Shown here: positions 1 to 9,939 of the stretch, piece after piece
How positions within the stretch are numbered: position 1 is the first letter of the stretch
Layout: each line of letters starts with the position of its first letter
From: a virus
Lineage: Duplodnaviria > Caudoviricetes
DNA: 61,479 nt
IMG/VR virus record: IMGVR_UViG_3300038962_000175
Coordinates: 1-61,479 of that record
Reading direction: 5' to 3' (one strand)
The notes under the pieces: model-generated
Databases searched by the model: none
Seen by the model: the letters and a program-made list of their open reading frames with translations, nothing else
What the model was told of the DNA's origin: nothing
Made by a program: the position numbers and the translations under genes

Positions 1-585
1 AGTGCCAGCACCCCCAATCATAGGCTGGGCTTTCTCCTTTGTGTACCCAAGATGAGGATGGTCTATCTCCAGACGGTTATCTACGATGTCATATCCCACC
101 TCACCCCGGCTATCCCAAGACTTCTCCCTAAGCTCTTTTCCTAGAGACTGTGTGCCCGGCACTGCCATGAAGGGGCCGTCGTCAACTGTTACGTCCGTTA
201 GATATAGAAAAAACTTGAATGTATGATATCTATCAAAATGAAGAAACCCGTTCCTAGCCAGCCCCTTATCGTTTCTAAACTCGTGTGTTACGAATGTGGT
301 GTGACATCTAAACCCTCCTCCGAGGTATCCTTGACACACCTCTCGCATCCAGTCGGATTTGAAAAAATTATATAGATGTGTGTCTTGTGGCATCCTATTT
401 AGAGGGCCAATATTTCTAGCACGACCGAATTCATAGGAAGAATCTTCGTCGGAAAGCATGCCGACACACTCTCGTTTTATTAGAGAAACATCTGATAGGT
501 AGTTTTCTATCTTGACTACGCCAGATGTTTTTATTTTTTCAACTATGTCTGATATTGGGTCGTCTTTAGACGCAAGGATATCCAT
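1..585 (-). CDS. PhyH-family 2OG-Fe(II) dioxygenase (runs off left edge; absent from ORF track)
   Basis: Manual translation from ATG at 585 (AGGTG RBS): MDILASKDD...GVVKIENYL...GFLHFDRYHTFKFFLYLTDVTVDDGPFMAVPGTQ...GGAGT. HxD motif plus YLTD..GP..vPGT, typical of PhyH. Confidence 0.8.
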   Translation of the reverse strand, partial: MDILASKDDPISDIVEKIKTSGVVKIENYLSDVSLIKRECVGMLSDEDSSYEFGRARNIGPLNRMPQDTHLYNFFKSDWMREVCQGYLGGGFRCHTTFVTHEFRNDKGLARNGFLHFDRYHTFKFFLYLTDVTVDDGPFMAVPGTQSLGKELREKSWDSRGEVGYDIVDNRLEIDHPHLGYTKEKAQPMIGGAGT

Positions 586-600
586 TATATCACCTATCTT

Positions 601-1503
601 TTATTCAGAAAAATATCTTTTATACTGTGGGAATCCTTCAAGACGGTTTTTAAATCGCTTATATTGACGACCATCATAAAAGCTGGGATGTCGTTTGTAT
701 CTTCCAATCTGATTGTCATGTATTCCGTTAAACTTTTCACCAACAAAATATCCATCGGATTTTATTGACCTATTTGACATCTCCGAACTCTGTGGTATAA
801 AATCCTTCCCGTTTGATCCTTTTATGTTTTCTAGATTAATACTTTCATTGTCTACGCCTATAAAGTCTAGAACTCCTCTCATCTCGTGCTCGGCTGCTTG
901 CACCAAGTCCTCGTAGTGTAGCAGATGAAATTGTTTGTTATCAATAATATCTTGCAGTTTTGTGGCGAACGAGATGGTATTTTCTAGGCTATCCTCCAGT
1001 GGCCATGAGTGTTTTTGTAAAGATGAACAAGCCCTGTCTAGTGGGTGTCTGATCATTGACAACCACAAATAATCAGATCCATTACTAATCCACTCATTGA
1101 AATAACACAGCGCCTGATTCCATCTGTAACAAAAAACTTGCACTTCTGGAAAAGTATCTTCTAGATTTTTTCTTACATCGGCTGGACTATTACTTTCGAA
1201 AATTATAGATCTCCACTCGTCTTCGTTTAACCCGTAGTACTGTGCAAAATCTACAATCGAAGCAAGGCTTTCATTCTGAAATTTATGAAAGTCTAAGTCG
1301 GGATCTTTGACGAAATCCTGCCTACAGATACCATGTGGCCATCCCCCCAGTTTTGTATCACGCTCGGCATGTTCATCCAACAGGGCCGTAGGCTCATTGA
1401 ATCCGGGGCAAAATGATATGATTCCTTTTTGACTTCTCAATAACGCGCTTAGCAAGGTTGTTCCAGAGCGAGCTATAGAATCCAGCACTACATGTTTAGC
1501 CAT
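601..1503 (-). CDS. Sulfotransferase family protein
   Basis: ARSGTTLL (5'-PSB loop), IRHPLDRACS (3'-PB), HYEDLV. Likely start MAKHVV at 1503. Confidence 0.8.
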   Translation of the reverse strand: MAKHVVLDSIARSGTTLLSALLRSQKGIISFCPGFNEPTALLDEHAERDTKLGGWPHGICRQDFVKDPDLDFHKFQNESLASIVDFAQYYGLNEDEWRSIIFESNSPADVRKNLEDTFPEVQVFCYRWNQALCYFNEWISNGSDYLWLSMIRHPLDRACSSLQKHSWPLEDSLENTISFATKLQDIIDNKQFHLLHYEDLVQAAEHEMRGVLDFIGVDNESINLENIKGSNGKDFIPQSSEMSNRSIKSDGYFVGEKFNGIHDNQIGRYKRHPSFYDGRQYKRFKNRLEGFPQYKRYFSE

Positions 1504-2482
1504 ACGGGAGTTCCTTAATAAAATCTTGATGTTTTGCTGGGCAGACAACACTGTAATCAACATTTTCGAAATCAAAAGAATATTTTGATATCACGTTTTG
1601 TATTTTTGAGTCATACTTATGAGACTCTGAAACCATTGTATCTATATAGTTTTGATCAATATTTTCAAGACTATTTGTTCGACAGATTTCGTTCATGAAA
1701 TGCTTGCAAAAAAAATCTCTTACATCTTTATCGTAAATATGTTCATGTAAGTTTCCGATAATAGAAACCATTTTTGGGCAGGAAGTTTCCCAATAGTCGG
1801 TATTTACCCAACCGCTAAACTTATGAATTTTTCCGGTCTGTACAACACTGTGCCCCGGAATAAAGTAGTAGTAAGATTCGTTATGTAGTCTTTTACACTT
1901 ACCAGAAATTGATGCGACATACGCCCATGCTTTCGCATATAACTGGAAGTCCTCGTTTTTTAATGCGTCCAATATTTCAAAAAAGCATTTCATAATAGGT
2001 GTTCTGAATATAGCATAGCTGAAGCTGTTAAAATTTTTTATACCGTCAGCCAGTCTTTCTTCCGCGTTTTCCTGCTCTATCGATCCATGTGTATATAGAG
2101 ACTCCTTAATCTTTGATCCTAGATGAAGGCGTCTAACGTCATTTCGATATGTGCTATATTCTTTATTACCAGATAAAAAAGAAATGCCATTTCTTATTCC
2201 ACGCAGATCAATAAGATCGTCATTGTCGAACGTCATGCATAGTGGTGTTTCAACTCTCTGCATGGCACAGTGCATTTTGTTCATAAACTGAGATATATTA
2301 TCGTCAAACCCATTATAGAAATACTCCACGTCTAGATTCTTGTAGTCACCAGAAAACGGAGATTCGCTTCCGTCTGCTATAATAATTTTAAATTCGCAAT
2401 TTTGTTTTTCAAGGTTTGCTAGAATTCTATCAGTAAGTTTGTGTCTGCCTAGAAGAGGTAGTATTAAAGTGAGAGGATTCAT
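1496..2482 (-). CDS. GT2-like glycosyltransferase (TIGR00180-like)
   Basis: LTLILP..GR, IIIADGS, FDNDD GT-A motifs. Confidence 0.75.
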   Translation of the reverse strand: MNPLTLILPLLGRHKLTDRILANLEKQNCEFKIIIADGSESPFSGDYKNLDVEYFYNGFDDNISQFMNKMHCAMQRVETPLCMTFDNDDLIDLRGIRNGISFLSGNKEYSTYRNDVRRLHLGSKIKESLYTHGSIEQENAEERLADGIKNFNSFSYAIFRTPIMKCFFEILDALKNEDFQLYAKAWAYVASISGKCKRLHNESYYYFIPGHSVVQTGKIHKFSGWVNTDYWETSCPKMVSIIGNLHEHIYDKDVRDFFCKHFMNEICRTNSLENIDQNYIDTMVSESHKYDSKIQNVISKYSFDFENVDYSVVCPAKHQDFIKELPYG

Positions 2483-3516
2483 GATCTATATATAGATCCA
2501 TTTGTGATAATTAAGATGGTGTTGAGTAGTTCTTTTAAACCTGCTTCGGATAAGAAACGAAAATAGTCAAGGCGGCCCTGTTGCGCACCCATCATAGTAA
2601 ATTTTCTCAGACAAGGGACGGTAGGAGATTGCGATATGGAATCGTATTCTACGCAATAATCATTTTCCTGCGCCATATTAGTGAGCAGTAGATGCTTACA
2701 AAAATCTAAACTATCTTGCTCATCATCACCAGTAATACTAGTTAAATACGCAGCAAGTGGATAGACATTACTGTCGGTTACCATATCCTCGCGTGGTGTG
2801 TTGTAGTGGTATTCTTCTTGTATATTGGGAAGATCAATAATACTATTGTCTCGTTTGTCTCTTAGTTGGTAATTAATTGGAAGAGTGTGACTTTCTCCAA
2901 ATAGTTTAATCAAAAAAGTAAATACTCTATCCACAAGTTTTATGTCTGCAATTCCCTTGTTATTATAAAAAAAACTGATTATCTCTTGATGAACTTCAGT
3001 TTTTACAATAGAGTGGTTTAACGGGAGATGTAACCCCTCTACAAAAGTCTTCTTTAGGATCTCTTTTATATTCTGGTTAGAAAATTTGTTGTCTTTAGTA
3101 AGTTCTATATTGGAGTAGGTTGTTTTTGGTCTTAGGGGTGAGATGATAAAGTAACTGTCGCCACGCTTATTGTTATCAGAAAGAGAATAAGTGATGCCCG
3201 AACAAGAGACACATCTTTCATTTTCTTCCATGTGTTGAATGCATTTTGGAATAGCAGAAAGTAATGTTAAATCATCGTCTGGATTATCAAGAACATATTT
3301 AGTATCAACCATGTTAAATATTATATGGCTCATTTCCATCCAAGGTGTTGGTCCAAGGTATATATACTCGAAGTCATCTGGAACCATCTCTGATGAAAAC
3401 TCCTCAAGAGAAGAGTCTACCACTATTTTTCTACACTCAAGATCCTTGTAGTACGAAAATATTTTACACAGATTTTTCTGCCTATCTCTTACTGGTACAA
3501 CTAGTGTAAGATCCAT
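2479..3516 (-). CDS. GT2-like glycosyltransferase (TIGR00180-like), paralog of its neighbour
   Basis: LTLVVPVRDR, IVVDSS, NPDDD. Confidence 0.75.
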   Translation of the reverse strand: MDLTLVVPVRDRQKNLCKIFSYYKDLECRKIVVDSSLEEFSSEMVPDDFEYIYLGPTPWMEMSHIIFNMVDTKYVLDNPDDDLTLLSAIPKCIQHMEENERCVSCSGITYSLSDNNKRGDSYFIISPLRPKTTYSNIELTKDNKFSNQNIKEILKKTFVEGLHLPLNHSIVKTEVHQEIISFFYNNKGIADIKLVDRVFTFLIKLFGESHTLPINYQLRDKRDNSIIDLPNIQEEYHYNTPREDMVTDSNVYPLAAYLTSITGDDEQDSLDFCKHLLLTNMAQENDYCVEYDSISQSPTVPCLRKFTMMGAQQGRLDYFRFLSEAGLKELLNTILIITNGSIYRS

Positions 3517-3517
3517 A

Positions 3518-4246
3518 TTAATCCCTAAAAATATAGCCGTCTGGATGGCAGGAAAATAAGAGTTTGTTTCTGATTTCTTCGTCTACGTGGAAATCAGCGT
3601 TTTCTTTTAGGAACTTTTTTAGCGCGGTTCTTGGGTTATTCCCCGGTCCCCACTCTCTCTTTCGGTGGGTCTGTTGCGGTAGATCCTCAACGATAGTGTC
3701 AGCGCATATAATATAGCATCCCTCACCAACAAGATCCTTATAGGCATCTAGTTCTTGTAGGACATGTTCTTCCGTATGATAGGAATCAAGTATAAGTAGG
3801 CATCTGTCTGAATAATTTACGGCCTCGTGAACGTCTTTAATTATAGATTCTTCTGTAGAGGGGCCTCTTATCAGGTGTATGTCAGACATTGTAGGCTTGT
3901 TAGATAATCTCTCGACCAAGTCGTCCGGTATATAGATATCAACCCCCACCACCTTACTTCCGCCTAGCATTCCTAACAGAGCAGAATAAAATAATGTGGC
4001 CCCACCCCAAGCCACCCCAATCTCAATAATATGGTCTGGTCTGGTTTTGAATACGATTTCTTGGATAGCGAACATGTCTTGAGGAAGCTGTAAAACAGGC
4101 TCCCCAAACCAATTAGTTTGATGAATCCAATGATTTTTATCTGCCTCAGTCAAAACGCTTAGAGCATCTTTCTGTAATTTCTTGTTTGCAAAAAGAGCTT
4201 CAGCCTTCTCTAGACGGAGTTCTTCAAATTCTTTTCTTGTCAGCAT
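3518..4246 (-). CDS. CmcI/cephalosporin hydroxylase-family SAM-dependent O-methyltransferase
   Basis: WFGEPVLQLPQDMFAIQE, PDHIIEIGVAWGG, ILDSYHTEEHVLQEL, WGPGNNP. Confidence 0.88.
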   Translation of the reverse strand: MLTRKEFEELRLEKAEALFANKKLQKDALSVLTEADKNHWIHQTNWFGEPVLQLPQDMFAIQEIVFKTRPDHIIEIGVAWGGATLFYSALLGMLGGSKVVGVDIYIPDDLVERLSNKPTMSDIHLIRGPSTEESIIKDVHEAVNYSDRCLLILDSYHTEEHVLQELDAYKDLVGEGCYIICADTIVEDLPQQTHRKREWGPGNNPRTALKKFLKENADFHVDEEIRNKLLFSCHPDGYIFRD

Positions 4247-4922
4247 TTGTCTCTTTCAAAATAATCTGGGCCGTCTTTAGGTCGATCCGATTGTCTATGT
4301 CTATTGATCTCTCTCTTGGCATGAAATACCCCTTCACCCTCCCCTTGTAAAAGTTCCTATTCTCAGTAAACGCGCCAGACCAAGATCCGTATATAGCCCC
4401 ATTCGGTCTATAGACAATTGGGTGATCTTGTGATCTGTGATTATTGTTTTGCCAAGGGTTGGAGTCATGCCAGTCAAAAATTATGTCTTCTCCGTCTTTC
4501 GTTAGACCTAGTGTTGGAGGAAACTCATAGTCAGTTATGCTAATTACGCTGTCAACATCTCCTGTCAGTAATTTTTGGGCATTGATAACATCTTTTTCCA
4601 TTCTAAGAGGGCATGTCGGAAGACATAACCAAACTTGGTCCACGTTACGCATTGTGTCATGGTAGTAATTAACGGTGTCTATTACTTTAGAAGTATTACT
4701 AGCAAGCTCTTCCGGTCTAGGTGAAGTTTCAACATTGACATATCTTTCAGAAACCATGCCAAGCATCACGTCGCAGTCGGATGTGAAAATTATTTGGTCA
4801 AATAGTCCGTCAATTATATCTAGGGTGTGGAATATTAGAGGTTTGTTATCCAGTAAGGATACGTTTTTATTGGGGAACCTAGTGGACCCTCCTCTTGCTG
4901 GAACTATACAGGTTCTATTCAT
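4224..4922 (-). CDS. CMP-ulosonate synthetase (NeuA-type acylneuraminate cytidylyltransferase family)
   Basis: IVPARGGSTRFPNKN, PTCPLR, RSQD, PNGAIY, SIDID. Confidence 0.9.
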   Translation of the reverse strand: MNRTCIVPARGGSTRFPNKNVSLLDNKPLIFHTLDIIDGLFDQIIFTSDCDVMLGMVSERYVNVETSPRPEELASNTSKVIDTVNYYHDTMRNVDQVWLCLPTCPLRMEKDVINAQKLLTGDVDSVISITDYEFPPTLGLTKDGEDIIFDWHDSNPWQNNNHRSQDHPIVYRPNGAIYGSWSGAFTENRNFYKGRVKGYFMPRERSIDIDNRIDLKTAQIILKETNADKKRI

Positions 4923-4933
4923 GGGTATTATCC

Positions 4934-5140
4934 CTAGCCTTTTTTTGCATGAATTATTTCCCAGTAAATCTTCTTAACTTTATCGCTGCCAGCTTCTACA
5001 AAAATAAATGGAATAAATGCGTGAACAAAACAAAGCACGCCTCCTAAGATCATATTTAACGACAGCCAAGTCGCTCTTTTAAAGTGAGATAAATACGATA
5101 TGTTATTTTTTTTAAGATGACTTAAGTCTACATATTTCAT
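4934..5140 (-). CDS. Small membrane protein (DUF6356-like)
   Basis: HL..nniSYlsHf..A..ls......lc.vHAfiPfiF pattern; one hydrophobic segment. Confidence 0.6.
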   Translation of the reverse strand: MKYVDLSHLKKNNISYLSHFKRATWLSLNMILGGVLCFVHAFIPFIFVEAGSDKVKKIYWEIIHAKKG

Positions 5141-5915
5141 TTTTCGCCCCTATCGACTCAGATTTTTCTATAAGATCTTGTAATCCGTTAAGCATTATTT
5201 GACAGTCTCCATCGGAGGCAGATTCTTTTGGTCTGGGGTGTGTCTCGGCAAAAACTCCGTCGTAGTTGAATATAGAAGCAGAAAGAAGGTATCTTTCGGC
5301 CAATTTTCTATCACCCTGAGTTCCGTATATCTTCCTGCTTCGCTGCGTCGAATGAGTACAGTCTAATATTACTCGGTCATAATGTTCTTTTAGCTCGTCC
5401 ACTATGGTGAGATCGACTATCAATTTATCATAACCAAACGACGAGCCTCTCTCGCAGATCCAAGCCTCCGTAGAAGGCGAGATGTCCTTTATTTTGTCAA
5501 CCGACTCGACAACATTATTTGGGCCAAGCCACTGTCCCTTCTTCACATTAACGATTTCAAAATTCTTGGCGCACTCTTTAATCAGATCTGTTTGTCTACA
5601 AAGAAACGCCGGTATTTGAATTGCGTCAATGTAGGGGGCGAGTTTTTCTACCTGCCAAGTTTCATGAACGTCGGTTGTTAGCTTTATGTTGGGGAATGAG
5701 GTTTTAATTTCCTCAAATATCTTCAACGATTCCTCTAGCCCAACCCCCCTATCTCCATAAAGAGACGTTCTGTTTGCTTTATCGAATGAGCCTTTATAAA
5801 ACCAATACCTATCTCCCATAAATTTATTAAGGTTCTCGGCCACCTCAAAGTAAAGATCTCTGCTATCAATGGCGCACGGACCTAGAATCCACACAGGCTT
5901 CATAGTCTTCCTCAT
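5112..5915 (-). CDS. kdsA: KDO-8-phosphate synthase (metal-dependent type)
   Basis: GPC, SFDKANRTS, TDVHE, QIPAFLCRQTDL, NVKKGQ, CERGSSFGY, DCTHS, ETHP..SDG. Confidence 0.93.
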   Translation of the reverse strand: MRKTMKPVWILGPCAIDSRDLYFEVAENLNKFMGDRYWFYKGSFDKANRTSLYGDRGVGLEESLKIFEEIKTSFPNIKLTTDVHETWQVEKLAPYIDAIQIPAFLCRQTDLIKECAKNFEIVNVKKGQWLGPNNVVESVDKIKDISPSTEAWICERGSSFGYDKLIVDLTIVDELKEHYDRVILDCTHSTQRSRKIYGTQGDRKLAERYLLSASIFNYDGVFAETHPRPKESASDGDCQIMLNGLQDLIEKSESIGAKNEICRLKSS

Positions 5916-6877
5916 ATTGAGTAGTTAAAATTTTTCTCTTTGAAAGATGCTAGCCTATTCTCTATGATCCTAAGCGTGTTAAAAATAGCATCACTTTCTT
6001 CCGAGGTTATGTCTGGGAATGGCGCTCTGTTGTAAAAGCAACAAATGTCTTTTTGATTTAACGCCTGTCTCATTGATTTATGCCATCCGATTTCCATAAA
6101 CGTATCGAATAATGGATTTTCAAAATGCTCTATTATGAAATGCTCCATTGTGTGCTCTAAGTTTACAGATCTGTTGAAATAATCTATTTCTATTTCAGGA
6201 AAAATGCTACCCACTCCAGACAGGAATGTTTGAACCCCTGTTGGTTTGAGTAGATTAAATCTTCTCATACTACCGCCAGCAACTATTACTGCAAAATCAT
6301 CCTTGTCTATATCTTTACAGACATTATAGGCAATATTAAAAGAAGAACCTTCCTCCTTCATTCCAAATATATTGGGATGGATCGCCACCTTATTTATGAG
6401 ACTGGAGGTAAAGTCGTACAAACCACCATTCCCACGGCGCATAAATCTTCCGTGAAAAAGTACGGGGAAATTGCTTTTGTCGGCTATGAAATGGAAATAA
6501 TTTATTATTGAAGAATCGTCATAATATCTTTCTGGGTAGACACCCATAAGATAAGTTTTTCCGTCATCCTCTATATTTTCATTCAGCCAATCTATTTCTT
6601 TCGCTAGTCTGGTGTTTGGAAACTCTGGAAGACCTAGTATCTTCACTCCAGAAAAAGCAGCAGAGCTAATCTCATTAAGCCTTCTTATCTCATATTCATC
6701 CAATAAATTGTACTGAGAGGTTCCCGCAGTTGTTACTATGGTATTAGCACCACCAGTTTCCAAGAAGTTTATGTAGTCCGTTGTTGAGCCTATGTCTAGC
6801 TCGCCAGTGTCTTTATATGAAGGGGGTATAGGAAAAACTGGACCATTGGTTATATCTTTTATCTTGGAGTTTATCAT
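5912..6877 (-). CDS. DapA/NanA-family class I aldolase (divergent)
   Basis: GELD, AGTSQY (cf. GTTGE), HPNIFGMKEE carrying the Schiff-base Lys. Confidence 0.75.
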   Translation of the reverse strand: MINSKIKDITNGPVFPIPPSYKDTGELDIGSTTDYINFLETGGANTIVTTAGTSQYNLLDEYEIRRLNEISSAAFSGVKILGLPEFPNTRLAKEIDWLNENIEDDGKTYLMGVYPERYYDDSSIINYFHFIADKSNFPVLFHGRFMRRGNGGLYDFTSSLINKVAIHPNIFGMKEEGSSFNIAYNVCKDIDKDDFAVIVAGGSMRRFNLLKPTGVQTFLSGVGSIFPEIEIDYFNRSVNLEHTMEHFIIEHFENPLFDTFMEIGWHKSMRQALNQKDICCFYNRAPFPDITSEESDAIFNTLRIIENRLASFKEKNFNYSI

Positions 6878-7281
6878 TATTTATTCTCTGTATCCCAGCA
6901 TTCGTTAAAGTCTCCAACCGACGCTCTGTGTTCGTCTTCTGGATTGTATTTCTCAGAAAGGTAATAAAGCATAATTGATCCGGGTTCTAAAGCTTTATAT
7001 CCATGGTATATTCCCGGCGGTATGTGAAGCAGTTTTGGAACTTTGTCAGAAAGATACTCAAATCTTACGTCATGTTTTTTCCCAGCTTCTTTCCCATTTG
7101 GCTCTGCTAGTCCAACCTTGAATGATCCTTTAACACAGAACCAAAAGTCGGATTGTATTTCATGTTTGTGCCAAGCAACAACATGGCTTGTAGAGTTTAC
7201 ATGTGAGATATTGATCTGACCGTCCAAGTGTGGAAAAACATCAATTATTCTTTGTGCCCTATCATCTTCGTGAAATTTCAC
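6877..7281 (-). CDS. RmlC-like cupin, NDP-sugar epimerase/isomerase
   Basis: AWHKHEIQSD, LHIPPGIYHGYKAL, YNPEDE. Confidence 0.8.
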   Translation of the reverse strand: MKFHEDDRAQRIIDVFPHLDGQINISHVNSTSHVVAWHKHEIQSDFWFCVKGSFKVGLAEPNGKEAGKKHDVRFEYLSDKVPKLLHIPPGIYHGYKALEPGSIMLYYLSEKYNPEDEHRASVGDFNECWDTENK

Positions 7282-8390
7282 AACCGTCTCCCTAAGAGCT
7301 TCTTGATCCCATCACAGATAAATTTCATATCTTTCTGTTTCAAATTTGCCGATCCGGGCAGATTGATTCCTCTACTGGATATATCATACGCTATTTCATT
7401 TGTACTACCTATAGTATTATAGGCCGGAAGTGACGATAGAGGGTAGAAAAAAGGTCTTGAAGGCACTCCTAATTTTTCAAGACCAGACATGGCCCGTTCT
7501 TTTGTGATTCCATGAGACTTTCCAAAAACCAAACCCGTTATCCAAGCGGAGTTGTAAACGTCTGAAGACTCTTGGTTGAATTCAAGATCTTCTATATTTG
7601 ACAGTTCGTTCTTGTAAAAATGCAACTGTTCTCTTTTCTTGTCAACAAGCTCATCTAGTCTCTGAAACTGTGCATACCCAAGAGCAGCCTGAAGATTAAA
7701 CGGCATGTACTTATAGGTAACCTCATCATTGTAATACATTTTATCTTTGGATCTTCCATGATCTCTGAGAAACATACACCTTTCGTATATGTCGTCATCA
7801 TCCAATAGCAGCATGCCCCCTTCACCAGTGGTCATTGTCTTGGTTCTGTGAAAACTAAAGACTGAACCAACACCAAAGCTGCCAGACCTCCTGTCTTGGT
7901 ACTTTGATCCGAGGGACTCCGCAGCATCCTCTATAAGGAAAATACCCTTCTCTAGGCAGATCTTCTCTAGGAGATCCATCCTAGCCATATTTCCAAAAAG
8001 ATTGACTACGATGATCGCCTTGGTTCTATCTGTTATTTTTTCAATAACACTATCTGGGGATAAACACCAGTTGTCTGGTTCTATATCACAAAAAACAGTC
8101 TTCGCTCTTAAGTATGTTATTCCTGCCGCGCTCGCTATCCATGTGCATTCTGGAACTATGACCTCATCATCATCACCCACCCCCAACGCTGTTAGTAAAA
8201 GATGAATAGATGTCGTGCAGTTGGGGGTCATTATTCCATATTTTCTTCCGTGATATTCAGCAAATTCTTTTTGTAACTGTTCGCAGTAGTAGTACTTATC
8301 TGGCCCATACCATCCGTTAGATACAGCATCAAGAACTGTGTCTATTTCGTGCTGTGTAATCCAAGGACCAGCCATTTCTATATCGTTCAT
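7278..8390 (-). CDS. DegT/DnrJ/StrS PLP-dependent sugar aminotransferase (perosamine synthase-like)
   Basis: IEDAAESLG, FSFHRTKTMTTGEGGM, GINLP. Confidence 0.93.
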   Translation of the reverse strand: MNDIEMAGPWITQHEIDTVLDAVSNGWYGPDKYYYCEQLQKEFAEYHGRKYGIMTPNCTTSIHLLLTALGVGDDDEVIVPECTWIASAAGITYLRAKTVFCDIEPDNWCLSPDSVIEKITDRTKAIIVVNLFGNMARMDLLEKICLEKGIFLIEDAAESLGSKYQDRRSGSFGVGSVFSFHRTKTMTTGEGGMLLLDDDDIYERCMFLRDHGRSKDKMYYNDEVTYKYMPFNLQAALGYAQFQRLDELVDKKREQLHFYKNELSNIEDLEFNQESSDVYNSAWITGLVFGKSHGITKERAMSGLEKLGVPSRPFFYPLSSLPAYNTIGSTNEIAYDISSRGINLPGSANLKQKDMKFICDGIKKLLGRRL

Positions 8391-9028
8391 TTTCTATTCA
8401 TTATTTTGGAAGGAACGCCAACTACAATCACATTAGGGGGGACATCTTCGACAACCAAGGCTCCAGCACCCACGATAGAATTTTCTCCTATCTGTAATCC
8501 GGGCAGAACAGTTGCCCCAGCACCAATCCAAGCACCATCATCAATGATAACGTTTCCACATAGGGTGGCGCCGGGGGATATCTCAACACCATTCCCCAGA
8601 ACGCACTCGTGATCTACGCTAGCATTAGTATTAACAATACATTGTATACCAAGCACTGCCTCTTCAAGCACTATTGCCCCCGCAGATATTTGACACCCGT
8701 TTCCAATGACTGCGCTATTAGATATAAATGCCGTTTTATGTACAACGTCAACAGGCGCCAACCCATCGATGGCCAATCTATTAGCAATCCGTACTCTAGC
8801 TAATCCATTCGGGTTGCCAATTGCAACACAAAATTTTAGGTCTTTTTTGTCTACTTGTGAAATCCATGAATCATAATCATTGCCAAAATATAGAGGTATA
8901 TCGTTAAATGGAGAGGTTAACCCCTCGGTATCATCAAATATGGCCAAGACCTCTAGACCATGGTTTTCTATAATTGGCCTGACTATTTTTGCCTGACCAG
9001 TCCCCCCCCAAATAATACAACCGCTCAT
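8387..9028 (-). CDS. NeuD/PglD-family sugar acetyltransferase (hexapeptide repeat)
   Basis: AIGNP..R, VNTNASVDHEC, VVGVP. Confidence 0.92.
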   Translation of the reverse strand: MSGCIIWGGTGQAKIVRPIIENHGLEVLAIFDDTEGLTSPFNDIPLYFGNDYDSWISQVDKKDLKFCVAIGNPNGLARVRIANRLAIDGLAPVDVVHKTAFISNSAVIGNGCQISAGAIVLEEAVLGIQCIVNTNASVDHECVLGNGVEISPGATLCGNVIIDDGAWIGAGATVLPGLQIGENSIVGAGALVVEDVPPNVIVVGVPSKIMNRK

Positions 9029-9939
9029 ATAATATTCCTAAATAAATCAAGCGTGTCCCCAATCCCCTCTTCTATACAGTCTCTTGGGATAAATCCGGTT
9101 TGTTTTATTTTTTCATCACTGACTTTATACGTATGTTGATTTAACATCGGACAGTCTACCATTTCTTTTGTGGTATGAATGTTGTCCTCTATAATATCGA
9201 TTATGGTTCTGGTTTTGATGTTGTCAGTTATAAGATTGTATACTTGGTTCCAACACTCTTCTTTTTTTATGAGATGGTTGATTGCAGAAAAACAGTCTTC
9301 CAGACCAAGGTATGGTCTATGTTTGTCGTAATTTTCTTTCCAAACGGTCAAAGGCTTTCCGGTAACTGCTTGATAGCAAAATTTATTTACGGCAGTATGG
9401 AATCGCATACCGGGACTTTTTCCAAATATAGTTCCTAGCCTAAGAGTGAGATAGTTCGTATCGCATCCTTCGCCCAGCGAGGAAGACACGACATCTTCTA
9501 TCGTAATTTTTGATTCGGCGTAGGGGCTTTGTGGGTTGATATAAGAACTATTATCTTCACAAACTTTATCGGTAGAGATTCCGTAAACACTGGTAGAGGA
9601 TGGGAAGATGAACAATTTAACCTTAGATGTTCTGCACTTGTCAATAAATTTAGTTGTGTAATCTATATTTACTAGCTCAACCTCTTTAGTATTAGTAAAG
9701 CTCTTGGATGCGTTCGTTATCGCCGCCAGATGGAGAACGATATCTATGCCTTCAAGATCAAAGGAGTCAATGTCTTTAATATTCTTTTCTCTAAAATCTA
9801 TCTTCCTGTTAAGGCTAAACAACGAACACCATCTTGAAGAAGATAAGTCGTCTATTACTCTTAAATTATCTTCTTTGGGGATTCTATTAAGGAAATAAGA
9901 TCCTATATGTCCCAGACCTCCTGTTATTAGAAAATTCAT
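9025..9939 (-). CDS. NAD-dependent epimerase/dehydratase (extended SDR)
   Basis: ITGGLGHIGS, HLAA, SSTSVYG, YAESK. Confidence 0.92.
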   Translation of the reverse strand: MNFLITGGLGHIGSYFLNRIPKEDNLRVIDDLSSSRWCSLFSLNRKIDFREKNIKDIDSFDLEGIDIVLHLAAITNASKSFTNTKEVELVNIDYTTKFIDKCRTSKVKLFIFPSSTSVYGISTDKVCEDNSSYINPQSPYAESKITIEDVVSSSLGEGCDTNYLTLRLGTIFGKSPGMRFHTAVNKFCYQAVTGKPLTVWKENYDKHRPYLGLEDCFSAINHLIKKEECWNQVYNLITDNIKTRTIIDIIEDNIHTTKEMVDCPMLNQHTYKVSDEKIKQTGFIPRDCIEEGIGDTLDLFRNII

